Source of the DNA: Anaeromyxobacter sp.
GTDB taxonomy: Bacteria > Myxococcota > Myxococcia > Myxococcales > Anaeromyxobacteraceae
NCBI GenBank assembly: GCA_049840735.1
Contig: JASGJN010000002.1
Span: 1 to 64,000 of the forward strand
Direction of reading: 5' to 3'
Length of the DNA: 64,000 bases
Made by a program: the position numbers and the translations under genes. The notes beneath the pieces are model-generated. The model searched no databases. It saw nothing but the letters and a program-made list of their open reading frames with translations, and was not told the DNA's origin. Position 1 is the stretch's first letter; each line of letters starts with the position of its first letter. Of this stretch, positions 55,953 to 64,000 are shown in pieces.

Positions 55953-57575
55953 TCAGTAGCTCGCGACCAGGTTGGCGTACCCGGTCCAGCCCCAGGCCGT
56001 GGTGCCGGCCTCGCTCTCCCCGGCGGAGAAGCTCATGCCGGTCCGCCCGGAGCCGGCCAGGCGCAGCGCGAAGTGGCTGGAGAGGTCGGCTTGGGCGCTG
56101 AGGTAGAGCGCCAGCTCGTCGTTGTCGATGGTCAGGTTGCTGGTCCGGGCCCAGCTGGTGCGCACCAGGAAGCGCAGCGGCGTCCACGGCCGCGCCACCA
56201 CCTGCGCGTAGGCGCTCTGCCCCCCCAGCCAGCCGCGCTCGTAGAGGTAGCCCAGCGAGAGGTTCCCCCAGCCGAAGAGCAGCCGGGGCAAGGTCAGCTC
56301 CGGCCCGACCCACTGCCGGTCCAGGCCGGAGTCGAGGTCCTTGCTCTCGCCGCCGGTGGCGGCCAGCCGGAGCCGCGGGCCCACGTCCCAGGCGGCGAAG
56401 GCGTCGGCGTGGTGCCCGCGGCCGGGGAAGGCCACCGGGTCGAAGGTCTGCGGATAGGGCAGCCCCGCGTAGCGGAAGCTGCCGCCCAGCGACAGGCCGC
56501 CCACCGGCCGGAGCGTGGCGTCCACGCGCGCGGCGTCCACGTAGCCGTCGGCGTGCACGTCCCCGCCGCCTCCCAGCTGCAGGTCGGCGGAGGTGTCGAA
56601 GCCGCGGAGGAAGAGCCGCCCGGCCAGCGAGGCCTCGCCGCGCGTGCCCAGCTCGGGCGAGCGGACCATGGCGAGCCGCCCCTCGTGCCGGAAGCTGCCC
56701 CCGCCGGTGAAGGCGCGATCCAGGCTCCAGTACCCGCCCGCGGTGGCGCGCTGGCTGGTGACGTCGAGCGTGTCGGGCTGCGGGACGGTCCCGCCGAAGA
56801 GCCCCAGCCCGAGGCGGTTCTGGCCCAGGTGGCCGCGCCAGCCGGCCAGGCCGCCGTCGAAGATGGACGCGCCCGGGATGTCCCAGGGCTGGACGCGGCC
56901 GGCCGCGAAGGTGAGGTCGGGGCGCGGCGTGGCGGTGAGCTGGGCCTGCCAGACGTAGAGCTGGTTGTCGTCCTGCGGGCGGAAGCGCGCCGGCTCGGAG
57001 TGGCTCCAGTGCTCGGCGCGTGCGTCCACGTCCAGCGTGAGCCAGCGGGTGATGGGCGCGCCGCGCAGCACCACGTCCACGGCCTCGCGGTGATCGGCGC
57101 CCACGCCCGAGCTGGACCAGGTGACGTGCTCCAGCGAGACGTCGATCACCCTGCTCCGCGGCGCGGGCTGGTCGCCCGCCGCCGACACGCGGGCCTCCAC
57201 CAGCGGCACCGGCGCGGTGGAGAGCACCGCCCAGCGGTTCTGCAGCACCGCCTCGGTGGGCGGCGGCGGCAGGGTCTTCACCTGCGGCCGGATCTCGGGG
57301 CCGGCGGCGAAGGTGAAGGTGTCGCCGGGGCGGGCCCTCCCCCCGGGGCAGCTGGCGTGGCTGGGCGTCAGCACGTCCACGGTGCAGCGGCCCACCGCGT
57401 CGCCGCCGCGCCGCAGCTCCAGCACGGCGCCGGCAGCCAGGCCGTCGTCGCTGCCGACGTCCAGGTAGGTGCGCTGCGCCGTGACGTAGGCGACCGCGCC
57501 GGTGCCGCGCGGGTGATCCCGGCCCGGCGCCGCCGCCGCCAGCGCCGCCGCGAGCAGCGCGTAGAGGGGGCTCAT
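55953..57575 (-). CDS. Putative outer-membrane beta-barrel (porin of a porin-cytochrome complex), 540 aa
   Basis: Signal peptide, many amphipathic strands rich in aromatic residues, C-terminal YANLVASY beta-signal. ATGA overlap with the upstream cytochrome. Confidence 0.78.
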   Translation of the reverse strand: MSPLYALLAAALAAAAPGRDHPRGTGAVAYVTAQRTYLDVGSDDGLAAGAVLELRRGGDAVGRCTVDVLTPSHASCPGGRARPGDTFTFAAGPEIRPQVKTLPPPPTEAVLQNRWAVLSTAPVPLVEARVSAAGDQPAPRSRVIDVSLEHVTWSSSGVGADHREAVDVVLRGAPITRWLTLDVDARAEHWSHSEPARFRPQDDNQLYVWQAQLTATPRPDLTFAAGRVQPWDIPGASIFDGGLAGWRGHLGQNRLGLGLFGGTVPQPDTLDVTSQRATAGGYWSLDRAFTGGGSFRHEGRLAMVRSPELGTRGEASLAGRLFLRGFDTSADLQLGGGGDVHADGYVDAARVDATLRPVGGLSLGGSFRYAGLPYPQTFDPVAFPGRGHHADAFAAWDVGPRLRLAATGGESKDLDSGLDRQWVGPELTLPRLLFGWGNLSLGYLYERGWLGGQSAYAQVVARPWTPLRFLVRTSWARTSNLTIDNDELALYLSAQADLSSHFALRLAGSGRTGMSFSAGESEAGTTAWGWTGYANLVASY

Positions 57576-58435
57576 CGCGTCCTCCGGGCGCGCAGCGCGC
57601 CGCCGGTGCTGAACTGGTGGCACTCGTAGCACTTGCGGTTCACCGGCTGGAACCCGGGCACGCCCTGGTGCTCGCCGGAGACGTCGCCGTGGCAGCGGAT
57701 GCAGTCGGCGGTGTCGGTCGCGCAGGTGAAGGTCTGGCTGTAGTCGGCCAGCGGGATGGTGGTGTGGCACTCGGTGCAGCGCACGCCGGCGTGCGGCCCG
57801 GACCGGATGTCGAAGCAGACCTGGTGCTGCGGCAGCGTGGCCGGGGCGAAGCGCCAGGTGGAGTGGCAGCGGCGGCAGTCCTGCGGGAAGCCGGAGCCGG
57901 CGTGATCGACGGCCGCACCGCCGGCGCTGGCCCGCTCCCAGTCCGGACCGTGGCAGCCCACGCAGGCCACCGTGGGGCGCGAGAAGCCGCGATCGCGCCT
58001 GTCCCCGTGGCAGTTCTCGCAGGCGGTCAGCGCGTGGCGGCCGGTGAGCGGGAAGGCGGTCTTCCGGTGGTCCTCGGGGCTGAAGGACGCCGCCCAGGCC
58101 ACCGGCTGGTGGCAGTCCTGGCAGCGCTGCCCGAGCCGGCCCAGGTGAACGTCCCGGTGGCAGGCCGAGCACGCGCGCGCCACCGGCTCGGCGAAGGTGC
58201 CGCTCGAGTGGCAGGCCCGGCAGGCCACGTCGCGGTGGCGCCCCTCGAGCGGGAAGCCGGTCCGCTCGTGGGCGAACTTGACCGGCTTCCAGCCCTCGGC
58301 GGTGTGGCAGGCGGCGCACTCGGTGTCGCCGCCGTGGGTGGGGGGCGGCGGCGGGCGGGCGGCCAGGTCGGCGGCGGCGGCCGGCAGCGTCAGCAGCGCG
58401 GCCGCCGCGGCCAGGAACGCGGTGGCGGTCCTCAT
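57572..58435 (-). CDS. Decaheme c-type cytochrome, 287 aa
   Basis: Signal peptide and 10 CxxCH motifs, with F.H..T.FPL.GRH repeats. Confidence 0.92.
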   Translation of the reverse strand: MRTATAFLAAAAALLTLPAAAADLAARPPPPPTHGGDTECAACHTAEGWKPVKFAHERTGFPLEGRHRDVACRACHSSGTFAEPVARACSACHRDVHLGRLGQRCQDCHQPVAWAASFSPEDHRKTAFPLTGRHALTACENCHGDRRDRGFSRPTVACVGCHGPDWERASAGGAAVDHAGSGFPQDCRRCHSTWRFAPATLPQHQVCFDIRSGPHAGVRCTECHTTIPLADYSQTFTCATDTADCIRCHGDVSGEHQGVPGFQPVNRKCYECHQFSTGGALRARRTR

Positions 58436-60267
58436 GGCACGTACCCCTTGAAGGCGCCCTGGTGGAAGTCGGCGTGGCAGCCCTGGCACTTCGTCGGCAG
58501 CGGGCGGTAGCGGCGCGTGGGCGTGCCGGCGACCGAGACGGTGGGGTGGCACTGGGCGCAGCCGACCGTCTTGTGCTTCCCCTCCAGCAGGAAGGTGGTG
58601 AACGGGTTGGCGTGCGCGAAGATCAGCCCCTCCTTCCAGCCCAGCGGGGCGTGGCAGCGGGCGCAGTCGGTCCCCTTCCCCTTCACGGCGAACTGTGCGG
58701 CGTGCGGATCGGCGTGGCAGCCGGCGCAGGTCACCGCCACTGGCTTGTACCGGACCACCCCTCCGTCGTCCGGGCGGTGGCAGGAGGCGCAGGCGGCCTG
58801 GGCGTGCTTGCCGAGCAGCGGAAAGCGGGTGTCCCGCCCGTGGTCGAAGCGGACCTTCTGGAAGCTCTCCAGCCCGTGGCAGGCGGTGCAGCCCTCGGCC
58901 TTCACGCGGGCGTCGAACTGGCCGCCGTGGGGGTCCTTGTGGCAGCTGCGGCAGTCGGCCGGCCTGGGGAGGTCGAGGCGGGCCAGGCTGACGCGCACCG
59001 GCCGCTTGCGCTTCTGCAGATCGGCGCGCACCGCCGCCGGGACCTTGTCGGCCAGCTTCGGATCGCGGACGTGGCAGGCGTTGCAGGCCACGGCCCGGTG
59101 GGCGCCCTCCAGCCTGTAGGCGAGCGCGTCGTGGTCCTCCACCTCGAAGCGCGCCGGCAGGAAGCCGTCCACGGTGTGGCAGCGGGCGCAGTCGGGCGGG
59201 CCGGTCCGCGGCCTGGCGGCGGCCCCTGTCGCGCCGGCTGGCGGCGCGGCCGCGAGCTGGCCGACGTGGGCGTCGGCGTGGCAGTCGGTGCAGGCGCCGA
59301 AGGCCAGCCCCTTGTAGCGGGCCGGCGCGCCGTGGCAGGCGGCGCAGGCCACGGTGGCGTGCTGGCCCCGCAGCGGGTAGCGGGTCTTGTCGTGGAAGGC
59401 GCGCTCGCCGGTCGCCGAGGCGCCCACCTTCCGCCAGTCGCTGGTGGTGTGGCAGCTGGCGCAGCCCTGGCCGAAGCGGTCCTGGTGCGGGTCCTTGTGG
59501 CAGTCGGTGCAGGCGGCGAAGGGGATCCCCTTCAGCCTGGTCATGGTGTTCGCGGACCTGGGCCCGACCTGGCCCGCCGCCGCCTGCGCGGGCGGCGCCT
59601 CGGCGGGCTTGTGGCACTTGGCGCAGTCCACCCGCTGGTGCTTGCCCGTCAGCGGGAAGGCGGTGCGCGCGTGGTCGAAGGCGCGCACCGGCCTCCAGGC
59701 CTCCTCGCCGTGGCAGCGGGCGCAGTCGGTGCCCACCTGGCCGCGGTGTTCGTCCACGTGGCAGCTCGCACAGGCGGTGGGGGCGCCCAGGAAGGTCTTG
59801 CGACCCGGCTGCTTCGCCAGGACCTCCTTCACGCCGGCGTCCGCCACCAGCCGCGGATCGTGGCAGCGGGCGCAGTCCGCCGTCCGGTGCTTGCCGTTGA
59901 GGGCGAAGCCGGTGCGGCCGTGGTCGAACCGCTTCTGCCCGCCGGCGCCCCAGTCCACCAGCGCGTTGTCGCGCCCCAGGTGCTCGTGGTGGCAGGTCTG
60001 GCAGGAGGCCTTGTCTGCGGCGGAGAGGCGGCCGTGCAGGCCGCGCCCCTGGGCCACGCGCGACCGGAGCTCGCCGTGGCAGGAGAGGCAGGCGGCCGCC
60101 GAGAGCTGCTGGCCCGCCTCGTGGCACTTCGTGCAGCTGCCGATCCCCTCCAGCGCCTGGTGGGCGCGGGAGAGCTCGCCGGGCGAGAACAGGTCGGCCC
60201 GGGCGGGAGGAGCCAGCAGCAGGGCACAGCCGAGGCCGAGGAGGAGGCGCGCTGGAGCGTTCACCAT
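58432..60267 (-). CDS. 20-heme c-type cytochrome, 611 aa
   Basis: Signal peptide, FSPGELSRAH..LEG..SCTKCH start, 20 CxxCH motifs in FDH..T.FPL.G.H repeats. Confidence 0.93.
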   Translation of the reverse strand: MVNAPARLLLGLGCALLLAPPARADLFSPGELSRAHQALEGIGSCTKCHEAGQQLSAAACLSCHGELRSRVAQGRGLHGRLSAADKASCQTCHHEHLGRDNALVDWGAGGQKRFDHGRTGFALNGKHRTADCARCHDPRLVADAGVKEVLAKQPGRKTFLGAPTACASCHVDEHRGQVGTDCARCHGEEAWRPVRAFDHARTAFPLTGKHQRVDCAKCHKPAEAPPAQAAAGQVGPRSANTMTRLKGIPFAACTDCHKDPHQDRFGQGCASCHTTSDWRKVGASATGERAFHDKTRYPLRGQHATVACAACHGAPARYKGLAFGACTDCHADAHVGQLAAAPPAGATGAAARPRTGPPDCARCHTVDGFLPARFEVEDHDALAYRLEGAHRAVACNACHVRDPKLADKVPAAVRADLQKRKRPVRVSLARLDLPRPADCRSCHKDPHGGQFDARVKAEGCTACHGLESFQKVRFDHGRDTRFPLLGKHAQAACASCHRPDDGGVVRYKPVAVTCAGCHADPHAAQFAVKGKGTDCARCHAPLGWKEGLIFAHANPFTTFLLEGKHKTVGCAQCHPTVSVAGTPTRRYRPLPTKCQGCHADFHQGAFKGYVP

Positions 60268-62487
60268 CGGAGGAGTCCGTAGCCGAGGTAGAGGGAGACG
60301 CCGATGTGGGCTGCGATGACGACCACCAGGGACACGGCCAGGGTGGCGTGGAACACCCGCCACCCGCGCATCAGCCGCTTGAGCGAGGCGTAGAAGCGGA
60401 TCTGCCAGCGGAGCCGGGCCAGCCCCACCACGGCGTCGCGGAAGGCCAGGAAGTGGCCCCGCGTCTCGAACCCGCGCCGCACCCGCCACAGCCGCCAGCG
60501 CAAGAGCAGCGCCTCGGCCGGCATGAGCACGAAGAGGAGCGCCAGGGAGCCGGCCTTGATGGGCGCCGTGGCGCGGACCAGCAGCGCCCGGGCCGGCGCG
60601 CCGGCCTCCACCAGGAACGGCTGCTGCGCCGCCAGCAGCCGCTCGAAGGAGGCGAGCAGGTCGGCCAGCTCGGTCGCCTTGCCGCCGTCGGACGGGACCG
60701 CGCCATAGATGAAGCGGCCCACCAGGCCGGTGCCCACCACCACCGCCAGCGCGCCGGCGGTGCCGGTGGCCAGCTGGTTGTTGGACTGGAACGCGGCGTG
60801 GAAGGCGATGACCAGCGGGCTCATGAAGCCCACGAAGACGTGGAAGTCGAGCCACCCCCGGATGCTCCCCAGCCACGCCAGCGACTTCCAGCGCTTGCGC
60901 GCGGCGTAGAGGAAGTTGGAGAGCATGAAGGCGGTGGCCACCATGCCCACGCCGTGCCCCCAGGGGCCGGCCGACTTGAGGAACGGGTGCAGCTCGGAGC
61001 GCCGGCGCGCCAGCCGGTCGAGCGGGTAGTAGTCCCGGCCCATCCAGGCCAGCACCGCCAGGATGGCGAGCCCCACCAGCGCGTAGCCCAGCCGGAACAG
61101 CCGGACGCGCCGCTTCTGGGCCCGCCGCCGCGCCGCCGCAGCGTCGGCCTTGCCGAGGGTGGAGGGGCGGCGGTGGGCCCCGGGCGCCTCGCCGTGGTAG
61201 CGGCGCAGCGAGACGCCGGCCTTGGTCAGGAACTCCACCGGCAGCTCGCCGCCGATGCAGACCAGCACGAAGTCGTTGGCGATCCTCCCCCGGCGCTCAC
61301 CGTCCTGGAGCACCACCTCGGTGGGCCGGATTCTCGGCCACCACCGACGGGAGCAGCGCCCGGATCCTCCCGGCGGCCACCAGCTCGTGGAAGCGGCTCC
61401 GGTTGGCCTCGCGGCAGCGCCCCAGCTCCGCGCCGCGGTAGGAGAGCGTCACCTCGGCGGTGGACTCCCGCGCCAGCTGGATGGCCGCCTCCAGGGCCGC
61501 GTCGCCGCCGCCCACCACCAGCACGCGGGCGCCGTCGTACTGCTCCGGCTCGGCGAGGCCGTACAGCACCTTCTCCAGCTCCTCGCCGGGCACGCCCAGC
61601 TTGCGCGGCGTGCCCCGCCGCCCGATGGCCAGCACCACCTTGCTGGCCGCCAGGGATCCGGCCGAGGTCACCACCTGGAAGCGGCCGTCCTCGCCCTCGA
61701 TGCCGGTGACCTTCACGCCCTGCTCTGCCCGGATGCCGGTCTTCTCCAGCACGCGGGTCCAGGTGCCGAGCAGCTCCTCCTTGGAGATGAGCGGCTTGCC
61801 GAACTTGCCGACCAGGGGCAGCTGGATCACCTCGGTCATGGCCACCTTGCGGCGCGGGTAGTGCGCGACCGAGCCGCCCACCGTGTCCTGCTCCACCAGC
61901 CGGAAGGGCACGCCGCGGGCCTGCAGCCCGAGCGCGGTGGCGATGCCGGCCGGCCCCGCCCCCACCACCAGCACGCCGGGCCCGGGCCCGTGCGCCACCA
62001 CCGAGGCCAGGTGCTCCGCCACCTGCAGCCCCTGCATGATGGCGTTCTTGATGAGCCCCATCCCGCCCAGCTCGCCCACCACGTGCACGCCCGGCCGCGA
62101 GGACTCGAAGACCTCGCTCACCTCGGGGAGGTCCACGCCGCGCTCCAGGCTGCCGAACACCAGCTTGATGGCGCCCACCGGGCACTCGGCGGCGCAGCGG
62201 CCGTGGCCGATGCAGTGATCGCCGTGGATCAGGCGGGCCGCGCCGTCCACCACGCCCAGGATGTCGCCCTCCGGGCAGGCCTGGAGGCAGGAGAGGCTGC
62301 CGATGCAGATGTCCGGATCGATGACCGGGTGGAGCGAGCGGGCCAGGTGCTGCCCGCGCGCCATCTTCTCCTGCAGCGCCGCCGCGTCGCGGCGCTGGCG
62401 GCGCCCGCGGCGCAGGAGGTGGGCGGCGCCGAGCAGCGCGACCGCGGCGAGCGAGCCTGCGGCGATGAGGAGCGAGGTCGGATCCAT
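60261..62487 (-). CDS. Fused TM-ferredoxin-FAD/NAD(P)H (thioredoxin reductase-like) oxidoreductase with a C-terminal His-rich membrane domain (apparent frameshift ~61331)
   Basis: CIGSLSCLQACP, CIGHGRCAAECP, VGAGPAG, AIGRRG.PRKL.VPGE, VGGGDAA. After the shift come NDFV..CIGGELP and helices WLDFH, AFHA, WRVFH, AAHI. Confidence 0.85.
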
Positions 62488-62502
62488 GGCGCGGGTGCCG
62501 AC

Positions 62503-63771
62503 TCAGTCGCCGTTGCCGGTCGGATGACACCGGAGGCAGGCCGCAGTGGCCCAGCTGTAGCCGGAGCGGCCGGCGTGCTGCTCGTTGGTGGTGGTCTGCC
62601 CGTGGCACCCCAGGCAGTCCGGGACGGAGAAGTCGGCCGCCCAAGTCTTGTCGGTGCGCTTCGCGGTGTGGCAGCGCACGCACGAGCTCCGGTAGTGGTG
62701 GCTCCCGCTGGAGATGCGGAACTGCGTGTGGGCCGAGACCGCGTGCACCTGGCTGTCGGCGTGACAGACGATGCACCCCGCCCCGCCGGTCCCGAACCCG
62801 CCCACCGCGGCGTGGGCGGTGGTCATGGTGGTCGCGGCGTGCTCGTGGCAGGTGGTGCAGTCGATCACCTTCCGGTCGGCGGAGCTGGTGTGGCACTGGT
62901 CGCAGGACGCGGTGGCGTGCACCGCCCCGGTCGCGATGGGGAAGAAGCTGGCCGAGTGGACGGCCGGATTGACGCCGCCCGCGCCGTCGCGGTGGCAGGC
63001 GTAGCAGGCGGTGGAGAGGTACTGGTAGTTGGTCACGCCGGAGTGGCGGGGCGTCGTCTCGGCGGCGGCGTGGCAGGCCAGGCAGTCGAAGGTCGCGAAG
63101 TCGCGCGTCCACGGCCGGGCCGCCTGGTCCTGCGGGTGGCACTGCAGGCAGCCGGAGGTGGCGTGGGCGGTGCCGCCGGCGATGGCAAGGAGACGCCGTG
63201 GGCGGTCACGGTCCGGACGGCGGCCTGGTCGTGGCACACCACGCAGGTGGCGCCGGAGAAGGTCCAGCCGGCCACCCCGGCGTGCGCGGTGGTCATGGTG
63301 CCCTGCGCGTGCTCGTGGCAGGTGCTGCAGTCGAGCTGCGTCCGGTCGGACGGGTTGGCGTGGCAGCTGGAGCAGGCCGTCTGGCCGGTGGCGCTCCCCG
63401 AGCCGTGGCTGAGCGGGAAGTAGGCGGCGTGGACGGTGGGATTCGATGGCGCCGCCGCCGTCGCGATGGCAGCCGTAGCAGGCGGTGGACTCGTTCCGGT
63501 AGCCGCCTACGCCGGTGTGCCTCGGGTCGGTGGTCGCGGCGGTGTGGCAGCCGATGCAGTCGAACTGCCTGAAGGTGTCGAAGGCGCCGTGGCAGGTGTT
63601 GCAGTCCACGGTGGCGTGCGCCGTTCCCGCCGAGATGGCGAAGAACCGGGCGTGCGTCTCGCGCGTGGGCGCCGTGTTCCACGGGCCGGGGGTGTTGCCC
63701 GAGCAGGCCGCAGCCAACGCAGCAGCCGCCGCCAGCAGGGCGGTGTTCCGGCGAGATTTGGACGTCTCCAT
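62503..63771 (-). CDS. 15-heme c-type cytochrome lipoprotein (compensating frameshifts ~63190 and ~63441)
   Basis: Lipobox LAAAC, 15 CxxCH motifs in five three-heme repeats when the middle frame is restored. Confidence 0.88.
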   Translation of the reverse strand: METSKSRRNTALLAAAAALAAACSGNTPGPWNTAPTRETHARFFAISAGTAHATVDCNTCHGAFDTFRQFDCIGCHTAATTDPRHTGVGGYRNESTACYGCHRDGGGAIESHRPRRLLPAQPRLGERHRPDGLLQLPRQPVRPDAARLQHLPRARAGHHDHRARRGGRLDLLRRHLRGVPRPGRRPDRDRPRRLLAIAGGTAHATSGCLQCHPQDQAARPWTRDFATFDCLACHAAAETTPRHSGVTNYQYLSTACYACHRDGAGGVNPAVHSASFFPIATGAVHATASCDQCHTSSADRKVIDCTTCHEHAATTMTTAHAAVGGFGTGGAGCIVCHADSQVHAVSAHTQFRISSGSHHYRSSCVRCHTAKRTDKTWAADFSVPDCLGCHGQTTTNEQHAGRSGYSWATAACLRCHPTGNGD

Positions 63772-63882
63772 GTCGAAGCCGCCGCCCGTCCAGCCTCGCC
63801 CCAGGCTGATCGGACAGCGCTCCCACCCTCTTCGGCACAGCGCGGGCACGGCTGCCTGCCCGAGTCCCGTCTCCAGGGGACA

Positions 63883-63896
63883 GTGATTTAGGTCAA
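63883..63896 (-). promoter_or_regulatory. Putative FNR/Crp-family binding site upstream of the cytochrome operon
   Basis: TTGACCTAAATCAC versus FNR consensus TTGAT-N4-ATCAA, in an AT-richer intergenic region. Confidence 0.55.
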
Positions 63897-64000
63897 GCCG
63901 ACTGCCAACACCCTAAGGAGGTATCGACTCACTGTTCCCTCGAACCCTACCCAGGTAAGCACGCGCATGAATGAACGCTTGCCCCACGTCCAAGGGAGGG

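Overview
High-GC window from an Anaeromyxobacter-like myxobacterium (Myxococcota), judged from the 16S sequence and gene content. In order it holds: a minus-strand rRNA operon (16S, tRNA-Ile, tRNA-Ala, partial 23S) behind four tandem sigma70 promoters; gmk-yicC and a lipid A/Kdo/heptose operon; a degenerate EF-G paralog; marC, a GT2 and lpxB; a LexA-boxed radical SAM gene; a two-component pair; a copper P1B-ATPase; sdhCAB/frdCAB; a 14-gene polysaccharide operon matching the myxobacterial exo (spore-coat) pathway, with a sigma54 promoter and a neighbouring enhancer-binding protein; spoIID, a class IV aminotransferase and RDD/DUF95; and a small decayed island at tRNA-Lys with an internally scrambled TnpB-like remnant and a deleted Fic gene. 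The best candidate for an undescribed system is the five-gene operon at 55953-63771. It encodes a membrane-anchored ferredoxin/FAD-NAD(P)H oxidoreductase/heme-b-like fusion, 20-, 10- and 15-heme c cytochromes (45 CxxCH in total) and an outer-membrane beta-barrel, which together look like a complete cytoplasm-to-surface electron conduit. About 14 apparent frameshifts sit at GATC or GAGAC motifs. They are most likely methylation-linked long-read errors rather than real pseudogenes.
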